Source: Diplonema japonicum
Taxonomy: Eukaryota > Protista > Euglenozoa: Diplonemea
Direction: 5' to 3'
DNA: 64,000 bases
Assembly: GCA_964019335.1 (NCBI GenBank)
Contig: OZ025689.1
Coordinates: 186,001-250,000, forward strand
The notes below the pieces were generated by a model that was given only the letters and a program-made list of their open reading frames with translations, did not search any database and was not told the DNA's origin. The position numbers and the translations under genes were made by a program. Shown one piece after another: positions 1 through 12,381 of the stretch. How positions within the stretch are numbered: position 1 is the first letter of the stretch; each line of letters opens with the position of its first letter.

Positions 1-1355
1 TGGTCCTCCATCGTGTTTTCCTTGTTTTTCCGAGTGAGCGCATCATCTTTGGACGCTTTGACCTTGCTCGCCCACTCAGCCTGCCGCTGTGCAAACCCTC
101 CTTTGACGCTCTTCGCTTTTGACGTGATTACAGGACCGCGTGAGAGGCGCGACATCTCCTCCAGGATTTTCGACTCGCGTTCTTGCTGAAGCTTATCTTG
201 TCTGTGGTGCGGTGATAACCATGTGCGGTGACATACTTCAGCTGCTCCCTTGCAGCGCCAGCGAAGTACAACCTCTCGCCAGGTTCCATATGCTTCATAG
301 AAGGCTTCTCTGGTGAAGGCGTTTTGGTGTTGGGGGATGCAGAGGTGCGCGGCGGCGAGTGGTACAGCACGTGCGTCTGGCGGCGCATCTCCTCCTCACG
401 CCGCATGTCGCGGTCCGCCTGCACCAGCACCACCTCGTCGTCCTTGATTTGCTTCCTGCATGATGTTGCTCAGGTGTAATAAAACATACCCCAAAAGCCT
501 CTGGTAGGCTTTATCATCGATCTGTTGGATCCTAAGCGGCGACTGTGAATTGCCGGACTTCACACCAGGTGAACGCGAAGGCGACCTCGACAACGCACCC
601 AGCGCCTCGTACTCGCCTGTCATGCCGTTTGAGGCTGTCCACACGCCAGACGTGTCATCGAGCAGCACGCCATGCCGCCAAAGCATTTCGCGTATCTGGT
701 CACCTTTTTCATACTCGCCCGAGAGCACGTACTCCACCCGCTCATCACACAGCAGGTTGATCTCCTCTATAGGTATCTCGTCATTGTCACCGTCCGCAAC
801 TGTTTCATGTTCCGGTTCTAAGTCAGGCTCGAGCTCTGGTTCCAAGACGGCCACGTGTTCGGATTCTTGTTGAAGTGCTTCATCATCGCATGCGACAGGA
901 ACAAGAAGTGGCTCACTAGGCTCCTCTTCACGTGCCGCATCAAAACTAGGCGGTGTCACGGGCTGCACAACATTGTCGGTGTCCTTGCTGCCGCTCTGGG
1001 CGGGGCTCTCCTCTGGCGGATTCAGCACAGGGATGTCCCTGATAATACCCATAGCCCTGTCCTCGCGTTCTGTCCTTGCTTGCTGCGCCTTGCCCAGTGC
1101 TTCTGCTACCCTAGTTGCGTCGGCTAGCACCTTGCTGATCCCTGCCAGAGGCAGGTTTCGTCGCCTTCTGTTGGCCTCCTTTCCATCGGCAATGATGAGG
1201 CTTGATGTGCGGGACCTATTCGGCACCATGTCAGGCGTGGGGGGTGTGATCGTGCTCGAGGAACGCGTTCTTTTAAGGGCGCTGTCGCCGCTTTCACTAG
1301 ACTTGCTCCCTGTAGGGACCATGACAGGGGAACCCCGCACCACAAGCTCGTCCAT
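1..1355 (-). CDS. Hypothetical protein, 3'-truncated by the window edge; exons 490-1355, 237-455, <1-201
   Basis: Removing GTATG...CAG introns 456-489 (34 nt) and 202-236 (35 nt) joins ORF 396..1355, ORF 128..433 and an open frame running off the left end (…QRLLG|KQIKDDEVVL…EQLK|QDKLQQERESKILEEM…). Confidence 0.7.
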
Positions 1356-1486
1356 TTTTCCTTGTCACCCTGTGATGCGGTGATGTTGTCGAGGGGAGGA
1401 AGAGGGGAAATAATTCACTATAATGGGAAGAAGTGTTAGCAACGACCCACCAGCCAAAGAAAAAAAGAAGGGGTCGAAGTCTAAAC

Positions 1487-2578
1487 TCACGTCGTTATGC
1501 TGTTGTAAGCCGCCAGAAGAGGGGGGGTTGCCTTAAGTGCGAGGCCTGTGATGTTCGCCATGACAGCGTCCGCGTGTTGCTTGTTATTGGCAGCGGCACA
1601 GAGCTGCATCATGTTGGTGTGGATACGCGGGCTTGTGGCGTTGTAAGTTTTGAGTGCTTCGATGTACTTTTCGTGACCGTCCTCAAGGGAGCCTGTTTGC
1701 ACACAGCCTTTGATGAAGGTGCTGTATGTGATCTCCGAGGGCTTAACAGATTCGGCAAGCCTTGTCCACGCACTGTGAAGGGGCCGCATCGCTCCCAAGT
1801 CTTTGTAAACGGCTAGTAATGCGGTCCACTCTTTGACGGTGGGCACGATACCGCTTGCAATGCACTTTGTCCAGATCTCTTCGGCGAGGGTGGTATTCGA
1901 GTCGCATTTGCCGAGAACTGCGAGGAGCGTGAACCTGTCTGGCGTGACAGAAGTCTTCTTCAGCATGTAGGTGAACAGTTCGTGTGCATCGTCAGCATTG
2001 CTCACAACGTTGAGCGCGCTATTCATGATGAAGATGTTGAGCGGGGCTGCTGCCTTCAACACCTTCCCGACCTCCCTCAGACTGTACGTCCTGCCATCGT
2101 TCTTCATCATTGTCAGGACAGCAACAAAAGAATGAGACGTGGGTTGTAGCCCTTCCTGTGCTATACCACTCCATAGCTTCTTCACGTCGTAGGTGTGCGC
2201 TGCCTTTGCATAAGCTGTAAGCACGTTGTTGTAGCTTTGTATGTCTCGGTGTCGCATCTTTTCAAACCACTGCCTGCATTCTCGGTAGAAGGCCACCCTG
2301 CTGAACACGCTCAGCACTGAGTTGTGTGTTGCGATGCCTATCTCGTACTCCTCTTTTTTCAGCCTCGCCAGGTATTTCTTGATGTTGTTCCCCAGTATTT
2401 CGTTCCCGCCCCGTGCTGTCTTCCCATGCTCGCTTCTGAACTCGTTTGCTATCATCCTAGCTACCTCTTTATCCGTCTTCAGCTTCACATGTGCCCGCTT
2501 CGCTGCCGGTGCTGCCTTGGCGGCGTCGCCCAGTAGCTTCCCCGCTGCTTGTATTCTATTCCACACGTGGACGTTCAT
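1487..2578 (-). CDS. Pentatricopeptide-repeat (PPR) protein, probably mitochondrial
   Basis: Tandem ~35-aa helical repeats with PPR signatures: IQSYNNVLTAYAKA, PDRFTLLAVL, PTVKEWTALLAVY, PSEITYSTFIKGCVQTG; basic/Ala-rich N-terminus. Confidence 0.85.
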   Translation of the reverse strand: MNVHVWNRIQAAGKLLGDAAKAAPAAKRAHVKLKTDKEVARMIANEFRSEHGKTARGGNEILGNNIKKYLARLKKEEYEIGIATHNSVLSVFSRVAFYRECRQWFEKMRHRDIQSYNNVLTAYAKAAHTYDVKKLWSGIAQEGLQPTSHSFVAVLTMMKNDGRTYSLREVGKVLKAAAPLNIFIMNSALNVVSNADDAHELFTYMLKKTSVTPDRFTLLAVLGKCDSNTTLAEEIWTKCIASGIVPTVKEWTALLAVYKDLGAMRPLHSAWTRLAESVKPSEITYSTFIKGCVQTGSLEDGHEKYIEALKTYNATSPRIHTNMMQLCAAANNKQHADAVMANITGLALKATPPLLAAYNSITT

Positions 2579-2664
2579 CCTCTTTTACATTTCATCTTTT
2601 TTTTTATTCTTTAGTTATTGTTTGGAAAGGCAGCTTTGATTGAAAATGCAAACACTCACTCCCC

Positions 2665-4026
2665 TCACCTCCTGTGGCCCATCATCCGCATAGCGACGTC
2701 TGCGGCCCTCTCGTGGCGCTCATCAGGATCCAAACTACCGCCCTGCTGCCGTAAGTACATCGCTTCCTGCATCAGCTTGTCGTACTCATGCATCCCAAGG
2801 TCGCCATCCTCCTCGTCATCAGAGTCCTCGTCCACCACGTCTGTAGGGTCGCCTGACCGCGTTCGCTCTGCGAGCGAGTCCAACATGCGGCTTTTCTTCG
2901 TTGTGTTGTCGAAGATCCACCCTGGGGGGATCTCGCACCCAGATGCGTCGTCAGACCTTGCAGACACCCACCTGCGGTGCCATCGGGAAGTCGCTTCCTT
3001 CACCACAGGGGTGCTGTCTGCAGGGGGCTGTGCGGAAGGGGCTGCTGTTTCGGGTTCTTTTATTGCTTGCTTTTCGATCTTTTTCGGAGATTCTGTGAGC
3101 TTCCACTGCGTCGCGTGCAGGGCTTCGACCACTCTCCCGAAACTGTCATCTTCGTCACCTCTGTCTGCAAGAGGTGTCTGGGTTCCCGCCTGCTCGATTT
3201 CGCCTAGCATGACCACCTCATACCCATTGTCCATGGCCCATACCCACGCAGCGTCACGAGATGTTTCAGCGTCGGGGCCGACACCGAGGAGCACCCCGAC
3301 CTCTGCGGAGGGGAGGCCTGTAGTGATGATGTCATCAAGTGCCGCACGCGAACGAAAAACGGCAACAACAGCATGCGAGTCGTCAGGCGGGGAACTATAA
3401 AGAGACGTTGTGAATGTAACCCTCGCACTGTAGTACTTGGTATCGATGGAGAAGACGTCCTCATCGATAGGAAGCGCGGCGAGGACGTCATCCGGGTAGA
3501 CATCAGCAGGGTGGTAGAGAAGAGAAGCCATGTTGGCAAGAGGTGCCCATGGCGTGCAAGAAAGTGCTTGGTATACACGTGCTGTACCTGTTGGCTCGGG
3601 GTCGAGAAGGCCGAGCTTGAGAGTGGCTTCTTTGTCAAAATCAGTAAAGTCATCGGGGAGGTGGGGCCGGTATATGATTTCGTATTGTTTTGTGACGGCC
3701 CAGTTGACAACGTCTGCGTGGTAGCTGAGGTCCTCTGCAGCAGAGGACCCTGCAGTTGTTTCGTTCACCACTAGCAGTTTTGTCTTGGGGGCGGTCTCCT
3801 TCTCGTTCAACGCTTGTTTCACCTTGTCCAAGCATTTTAAGCTACTGATCACCACTACCCATGCGCCGGCATCTGGTGTCGCTTCTTCTATTTTTGTCTC
3901 GATAATAGTCGCTTCTGCGGTCATGTACTTTGACGTGAATGCCACTTTGCCATCGAACTCTAAGTCCTTCTTCAAGCTCGACTTCCCGCTGCCCTCGGTT
4001 CCCATTAGGAGTATTTTGTTCGGCAT
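2665..4026 (-). CDS. AAGAB: Alpha/gamma-adaptin-binding protein p34 (AAGAB/Irc6)-like, with duplicated GTPase-like domain
   Basis: IDTKYYSARV, FGRVVEALHATQW and C-terminal LDPDERHERAADVAMRM match AAGAB hallmarks; N-terminal P-loop GTEGSGKSS. Confidence 0.7.
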   Translation of the reverse strand: MPNKILLMGTEGSGKSSLKKDLEFDGKVAFTSKYMTAEATIIETKIEEATPDAGAWVVVISSLKCLDKVKQALNEKETAPKTKLLVVNETTAGSSAAEDLSYHADVVNWAVTKQYEIIYRPHLPDDFTDFDKEATLKLGLLDPEPTGTARVYQALSCTPWAPLANMASLLYHPADVYPDDVLAALPIDEDVFSIDTKYYSARVTFTTSLYSSPPDDSHAVVAVFRSRAALDDIITTGLPSAEVGVLLGVGPDAETSRDAAWVWAMDNGYEVVMLGEIEQAGTQTPLADRGDEDDSFGRVVEALHATQWKLTESPKKIEKQAIKEPETAAPSAQPPADSTPVVKEATSRWHRRWVSARSDDASGCEIPPGWIFDNTTKKSRMLDSLAERTRSGDPTDVVDEDSDDEEDGDLGMHEYDKLMQEAMYLRQQGGSLDPDERHERAADVAMRMMGHRR

Positions 4027-6002
4027 TTTTCTTTTTTTTTTTTTTTGTTGTTCTTTTTTTAAGTAAAACTTATCGTAAAAAAAAAAAAATAAAAAAAAAA
4101 AAATAAAAAACAGTGAGGAAAATGAACATAATGGCTGTTAAAAAAAAAAGGGGAACAAAAAAAAAAAAAAAACTTTTTTTTTTTCTTCCCTCCCTTGGGA
4201 AATTTAAAAAAATAAAAAAACACGCGCGCCCAGGGAAGTTATCCTTAGATCACTTTGGTACTGCTGCGCCTCTTTTATTTTTCTCTCTTTTTTTTCCCCC
4301 CCTCTTCTGCATTCCTTTTTTTTCTTTTTTTAATTTTTAATGGCTTTTTGTTTAAAATATAAGTCCATCCCACAGCACAATAAAGTAGCAGCGCCTCTTT
4401 TTTTTTTTTTTTTTGTTTTTTTTTTTTGTGGACACTTTTTCTTTTTGTTTTTTTTGTTGGCACCCACAATGCCAGGGAGGCGGCGGGGAGAAAGTGGACA
4501 GAAAGTAGAGAGGGGACAGGAGGAGAACGGGGTGAACGAAAAAATCAGCAGGTTACGAACTCGGCAGTCTTTTGGTCTTCCCACGTTAAGTTGCCGATTA
4601 TAGAGAAAGTGTGACTACAGGGGGATGGCGGGGGAAAGGGAAGCTGAGAGCTTCTGCTTGGCTTCATAAACGCCTAAGGTTGGCTCTGAGCTTTACTTTT
4701 TCTTTTTTTTTCTATTTCGTTTCCTTTTCTTTTTGAGAGAAAAAAAAGGGGGGGGGGGAAGGCAGAGCTTGTAAAGGTGTTTTTTTTTTCTTTTTTGCAA
4801 TTTCTTTCATTTTTCTTCCTTCTTTCGATGTTGGAACAAACAGAAAACAGAAAAAAAAAAGAAAAAGAAAAAAAGAGAAAGAAAGAAAAAAAAAAATCAC
4901 TATCAAGGGGAAGTTTCGCCAACAACCCAATACTTTAAAAAAAGAATTCAAAATACTTTAAAAATATATTCTGTATTCTTTTCACCAACTACAATAATTC
5001 ATAAATAAAGAGGGAGGAGGGAGGGAGGGCAGATGCTTGTGATGCACATTGCTCACCCTCTGACCTCACCCTTTTTCTCGCAGGATAAAAAAAAAAAGAA
5101 TAAGAAATGTTCGTTGTTTGCAACATTTTTGAATAGCTTTTAGTATCAAATCCAGGCTGAAAAAAGCACCCTGCTCATAGACCTTGTGGCAGCAATTGGC
5201 AGCTCCTCAACCCCCTCCCATATAAGATAGACACCCAAATTATGCTCTTCTTCCCTTGGAAAAAAACATCTCTTTTTTCATGCCTTTTTTCTTTTTTTCT
5301 TTTGTCTCTTTTCTCTTCCACCCCCCCCCCCGTGTTCTTTCAAAAAAGAGGTGGAAAAAAAAAAAGGGAAAAGAAAAAAGGGGGGAAAACAAAGACGTTA
5401 GTGTTTGAAAAATCAAAAAAAAAAACCTTTTTTTTTTTGGTTCTTCCCCTCCTCGTCTCTCTTGGTAGACAGAAAAAAAAAAAGGCAACAGAAAAAAAAG
5501 GGAAAAAAAAAAAGAAAGAAATTCTACCATTTTCTCCTTTTTCTTTTTTCCCCCTTAACGGTCGTTGGATTTAAATTGGTCAATAAAGGAGGTTCCTGTT
5601 TTGGAAACGCCCCCCTCGTCTCTACTTATCTACCCCTTTCGGCACATAATCAAGTTGCACTCCGTCCTGCCCCCCCCCCCCCCCCCCCCCCCCAAACGGC
5701 CTTGTCAAACAAAGAAAAAAGAAAAAGAAACGGGAAAAAAAATACATCTACAAAAAGAAATTACTTTTCGGACACATGTGTCACGTCGTTTAGTTAAAGG
5801 AAAATCCATTTTTTTTTTTTTTGCTTTTTTTTAACAAAATATTATATTGTCGGGACTTTAAAAAAAAAAAAAGAAAAAAAAAAAAAAAAACTCTGGTTGC
5901 TGAGCAATGAGCGCAAATGAGTATTCTTTATTAGGTAAAAAGACGCTCGTGCCACGCAAATGAAGCGCCAGACTATTTTCTTTTCTTTCTTTTTTTTTTC
6001 TC

Positions 6003-7184
<1,182 letters not shown>

Positions 7185-7573
7185 TTTTTTTTTTGTGTGT
7201 GTTTTCTTTTTTTTTTTTCTTTTGAGGGTATATATATATAATTGGGATATTTGGTTTTCTTCTGTTTTAGCCGAAAGGGGGGGTGAATGAAAAAAAAAAA
7301 CAATGGAAAGAATATTGAATGAAAAAAAGAATGGGGGGGGGTGAAAGGGAAGGGGGGGGAACAAAAAAAATGGGAAGGGATGCTGGTGGAGACACTAATC
7401 TTTCTTTTTTTTTGTTCTCTCTTTTTTTTTTTTTCTTTTCTTTTCTAAACCCTTACTGACTTTTCTTTAAAAAAAAAAACCGCATATCTCCCACGGTACT
7501 AACCCGACTATTAAAGGTAAGAAAAAAAAAACTCAAATTAACATGCAAGCTCCCTGAGACGAAAGCAGCATGC

Positions 7574-7614
<41 letters not shown>

Positions 7615-7782
7615 AGAGGGGGACGGCTCTGGTTGGTAACTTATTCGGAAATATGAAAAAAAAATGAAAGCAACACAGTAAATATTGAGTGAAACAAAAA
7701 AAGAGGGGGGGGGGGGAAACAAAGAAAAAAATTGTTAAAGACACCCGTTTAGCAAAAAAAAAAAAAAAAAGAAAAAAAGATC

Positions 7783-8007
7783 TCACGCTTCTTTTTCTCC
7801 GTTGTTGGCGATGATGAGGATGTCATTCGAATAATCAATCCCCCCAACCATCTTTATGGCCATGAGTAGCGCGAAAACGAGAACAATTGTGGACCAGATA
7901 CCGATTTGGTAGGACTTGTCATAATCGGACATTGTCGAAGGATTCTCATTGCCCGCAGCAACATGCACCATCGCCGCCAAGAGGAACGCAATCAGCTGCT
8001 TCTGCAT
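7783..8007 (-). CDS. Small single-pass membrane protein resembling the C-terminal (M8-9) part of V-ATPase accessory protein ATP6AP2/renin receptor
   Basis: 74 aa: signal peptide, DYDKSYQIGIW + hydrophobic helix + IDYSNDILII tail, similar to the Renin_r pattern (..I.LW..TM..MD...DSIIY). Confidence 0.55.
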   Translation of the reverse strand: MQKQLIAFLLAAMVHVAAGNENPSTMSDYDKSYQIGIWSTIVLVFALLMAIKMVGGIDYSNDILIIANNGEKEA

Positions 8008-8041
8008 TATTATAATTTTTTTTTTTTTAAATAATCTCCCT

Positions 8042-8078
<37 letters not shown>

Positions 8079-8211
8079 TGGTCTATTCTTTTTCTGGAAA
8101 AAAAAAAAAAAAAAAAAAAAAAAGGGTAAATAATTAAAAAAACAGAGGGGGAGGAAAACACAAGTGGTAACCGTGTTCAAAAAAAAAAAACCTTTTTTTT
8201 TTTTTTCTCTT

Positions 8212-8724
8212 TCACCTACTACTATTAATGTTCATCGATCTCATTAAGCGTTTTATTTGCGCAAGTTCCGCCTGCACAGCTGCACGACCCTGTTTCTCTT
8301 CCTGGAGTTGTGTCTCTAGTTGGACAAGTCGCGACTCAATTGTGCTACTAGCTGTTGTGACAAAGGAAGTTGCATCCGTGAAGCAAGAAGGGTGGGAAGG
8401 CACACGGGACGGGGCTGTAGTAGTGACCGATTTACGGCTGTTGCCCGTCACCCGCGATGCTTGGGAGGGAGTCTTTAACAAGCTGGAGGATCTACTGCTT
8501 CTGCTCTTGCTCTTCGTCGTCTTTGTAAATGCCGATGATCCCCCGTCTGCCAAACTGCCAGACCGCTCACTTCCTACAACACTGCTTCTTACAGTTTCCC
8601 CTACAGGCAGAACTGGTAGGTCATCCCGCTTTCTGAAAGTCCCCTTTACCGCATCTGCTTGGACCTTCGTCTCCCCTATGATGCGCTGCCTCCACGCCTC
8701 GTCATGCCTTGACTGTGCCAGCAT
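8212..8724 (-). CDS. Hypothetical Ser/Thr-rich protein with C-terminal coiled coil
   Basis: 170-aa ORF of coding-like complexity flanked by homopolymer DNA; heptad pattern IESRLVQLETQLQEEK…LAQIKRLM. Confidence 0.65.
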   Translation of the reverse strand: MLAQSRHDEAWRQRIIGETKVQADAVKGTFRKRDDLPVLPVGETVRSSVVGSERSGSLADGGSSAFTKTTKSKSRSSRSSSLLKTPSQASRVTGNSRKSVTTTAPSRVPSHPSCFTDATSFVTTASSTIESRLVQLETQLQEEKQGRAAVQAELAQIKRLMRSMNINSSR

Positions 8725-9356
8725 AGTGTGTCTGTGGGCTAAAAAAAAACAAAAAACTGCAGGAGGGTGGTTAAAATTATTCTTTTTTTTGTGTGGATGA
8801 AAATAGAATAAAAAAAATAATGAAGGAAAGACTGTTATACAGACCAGGTGGGGGAGAAGTCGGATGGGGGAGTCGTTTGTGGTTTCTTTTTTAAATTTTC
8901 ATTTTTTTTTTTTCTCTTCTTTTCACCTTTTTTTTTTTTTTTTATTATATGTTCTTTCAGAAATTGTGCGAGTTGAAAGGGATGGGGGGTGGTGGTGGTG
9001 AAAGAGAAGGAAAAAAAAAAAAAGGAAAAAAAAGAATGTGAGCAAAAAAAAAAAAAAAACTTACAAAAAAAAAAAGTCAGTTTTCCAAAGAAAAAAAAAA
9101 AGGGGGAGAGGGGACCTTTCATTTTCTTTTATGGAAAAAAGAAATAAAATAAAGAAAAATCGCACACACACACACACACAGTGGTCGTCTTTTGGCTCGT
9201 TATATTGCAAAAAAAAAAGAACATAGGCAAGTTTGTCCCCCCCCCCCCCCCCCCCCCGTACGTTCTCTTTCTTTTTGATAAACCCCTCCCTCTATATATT
9301 CTTTTTGAGCGAAAAAATAAAAAAATTCCTCTTTTTTTTTTCTTTTCCCGCTTCAT

Positions 9357-9820
9357 TTATTTGCACTTCTTGAACTTGAAGCCGCCACACGCGATCAGCA
9401 CAATAATGAAGATGATGAGGAGGATGACGAAAACGCAAAATGCGGTCATCATGACCTTTCTCTTCCACATGGCCCAGTGGAGGGTTTTTGATTGGGCCTT
9501 GAATTTTGTTGCGCCAGTGTTCAACTCATCAGCGCGGGTGGACAGAATGTCGATTTTCTCCCCTCTTGTGAGGAGAGTGTCGATGTTCTTGTTCATGATG
9601 TCCTTCGTCTCGTCTATGTCTTTCTTCACCTTTCTGATGATGTCGTTCTCACCACTGTTTGCAATGTCCACCTGCCGTTTCAACTCTGTTGTGAAGCTTT
9701 CAGCACTCTTAAGGGTGGTAACTGTATTCCACTTAGATAAATAGGCGCTTTTAAACCTATTCTTCACCGCCTCTAAAAATTCAAAAGGGATCCTTCTGTC
9801 CAGCGCTTCGTCCGCCATAC

Positions 9821-9862
<42 letters not shown>

Positions 9863-10150
9863 CCCACACCAAGTAGCACATCCCTTCGGACACAATGTAG
9901 TGGAACAAAAATGCGTCATAAGTGTATGTCATCTTGTGGTCATCAGACCTAATCTTCTCCAGGATAACCTTCGATATGTTCGAGACATCCAGGGTGCTTC
10001 TCGATACCTGAGAGTGGGAGAGAATTTAAAAAAAAAAAATAATAATAATAATAATAATAATTCTATACCTCCGACAACAACTGCGGTTTCCCCATCGGGC
10101 CCCCTTTATTAGCCACCACCGCATAACGGATCAAAGGATCACCAGCTGAT

Positions 10151-10155
<5 letters not shown>
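9357..10155 (-). CDS. VAMP7: VAMP7-like longin R-SNARE, paralog A; exons 10069-10155, 9870-10007, 9357-9821
   Basis: Longin domain (IRYAVVA…KMTYTYDAFLFHYIV…CYL|CMADE…RIPFEFLE), R-SNARE motif (NIDTLLTRGEKIDIL), C-terminal TM helix; introns 10008-10068 and 9822-9869. Confidence 0.92.
10038..10060. repeat. (AAT)n microsatellite inside VAMP7-A intron 1
   Basis: Read directly. Confidence 0.9.
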
Positions 10156-10184
<29 letters not shown>

Positions 10185-11325
10185 CCCCCCCTTATATCTC
10201 GCTCCTTTTTTTTTTTTAATTATATGGGCATTGTGAAAAAAAAAGTGAAAAAAAGTTTTTCTTTTTTTTTGGAGAGAAAAAAAAAAAAAAAAAAAAACAC
10301 ACAAACTGAATAAGAAAAAAAAATAATGTGAGGAGGGGGGGTAAAGGAAAGAAGAAAGGACATGGAGCAGATGAGGGTATAGGGGAGCAGTAGGTGAGGT
10401 GCCATCATCGAAAAAAAAAAAAAAAAAAGAAGAAGAAAAGAAAAGGGAGGGGGTCGTTTTATGTTCTTTTTTTATACTTTTTTTTTATGTTTTTTTTTTT
10501 TTTTTTAAAACTTTGTATAAAACAAGTGTAACTACTATAGTTACTACTTTCCCTCCTTTTCGAAAGAAAATATTTTTAAAAAAAAATAAAAGAAACGGGG
10601 TCCGTCTGAATAAAAAAAAAAAGAAGAAAAGATAACCATTGAACGAGACAAAAAAAGGGGTAAAATATTGAGAGAGTATACCCTATGCACCCTCAAAAGA
10701 ACCACTCAACAAACAACAAAAAAAATAGCAGGCGGGAGGGGACGGAAAAAGCAATTTTTCTTTAAAAATAATCCTCTGCTTTTCTGTCTCTTTTCTTCCA
10801 AAAAAAAAAAAAAAAAAAAAAGGGTCTTTTTTACACAAATAAAAGAAGGCTGAAGGGCAAAAAAAAATAAAGGAAGTCACTATGATGGGTGGGGTGTTAA
10901 CTAAAAGCAACGACCCGCCAAAAAAAAGAAAAAAAAAACAATAAAAAAAACACACCCGAAAAAAAATCTTGTTTTTTTTTTTACCCCCTTATTCTGGTTT
11001 TGGTTGAAGGAAGCAGTGGACGGGGAAAGAAAAAAAAAAAAAAAAAACTATGATTTCTGGCCGACGCTCTCTCTTGAGGGCTTGTTCCAACAAGAAAAAA
11101 AAAAGTCATTTTCTACTCAGAGGGGGAGGGGGGCTGGGTATATTTTTCTTTTGTATTATTCTCATTTCTTTTTTTTTCTTCTTCTTCTTCAACATGATGA
11201 ATGGAAAAACAAAAAACAAAAACAAAAAAACAAAAAAACAAAAAAACAAAAAAAAAAGAAGAAGGGAGCGCCACGCGAAGTCTGTAGTTAATGAAAAAAA
11301 AATTTTTTTTTTTTGTTCTTTCATT

Positions 11326-11369
<44 letters not shown>

Positions 11370-12149
11370 CTATTTGCATTTCTTGAACTTGAAGCCGCCA
11401 CACGCGATTAGCACAATAATGAAGATGATGAGGAGGATGACGAAAACAGCAAATGCGGTCATCATGACCTTTCTCTTCCACATGGCCCAGTGGAGATTGC
11501 GGGACTGGGTTTTGAACTGAGTGGCGCCAGTGTTCAACTCATCAGCACGGGTGGACAGAATGTCGATTTTCTCCCCTCTTGTGAGGAGAGTGTCGATGTT
11601 CTTGTTCATGATGTCCTTCGTCTCGTCTATGTCTTTCTTCACCTTTCTGATGATGTCGTTCTCACCACTGTTTGCCACCTCCATCTGTCTGTTCAACTCT
11701 CCGGTGAAGTCTTTAAGGTCCTTTACTGTGTGCACTTGGCTCCATTTGTCCGCGTACACCGCCTTGAACCTTGTCTTCACTGCCTCCAGGAACTCAAAGG
11801 GCACACGCCTATCAAAGGATTCATCGGCCATACACTGAATTTTTTTTTTTTTTTTTTTTTTTTTTAAATACCAGGTAGCAAATTTTGTCATTGACGATGT
11901 AGTGAAAGAGGAACTTATCGTAGGTGTACGTCATCTTGTGGTCTTCGCACCTGATCTTCTCCAGGATAATCTTCGTGATGTGCGGCACGTTCATCACAGT
12001 GCACGAGGATACCTGAATGAGAGAAAGGAGGAGGAATTTCTTTTTTTCTTTTAAAAAATTGTTCGTACCTCCGACAGCAGCTGTGGTTTGCCCATGGGCC
12101 CCCCCCAGTTCGCCACCACTGCGTATCTAATCTTTGACTCGTCAGCCAT
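11370..12149 (-). CDS. VAMP7: VAMP7-like longin R-SNARE, paralog B; exons 12069-12149, 11872-12012, 11370-11834
   Basis: Same architecture and same two intron positions (12013-12068, 11835-11871) as paralog A. Confidence 0.92.
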
Positions 12150-12381
12150 CTTTTTTTCTTTCTTTTTTTTTTTTTTTTCTTCTTTCCCTTTTTTTTTTTT
12201 TTTCTTTTTATTTTGTTAATTGCAATTTGAATGAAAAAAAAAAAATCATTATAAAAGAAAAAAAAAAATGTTTTAAAAAAAAAAGGGGCAGAGGGAAGGG
12301 GAACAGGTGGTTACAATACAACAAAAAAAAACAATTCTTTTTTTTTTTTTTTTTTTTTAATTCTCACGCCACTTTATATCC

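Noticed and set aside
4545-4700. Hairpin CGGCAG…TTGCCG followed by AGA, as a possible H/ACA-like RNA
   Set aside because: Short stem, on the strand opposite the gene array, no guide target identifiable by eye.
4113-5834. Numerous Lys/Phe-rich ORFs (also ~8.8-9.3, 10.2-11.3, 24.1-25.5 and 42.1-42.9 kb)
   Set aside because: Translations of A/T homopolymer tracts, which lack stop codons by composition; no protein-like content.
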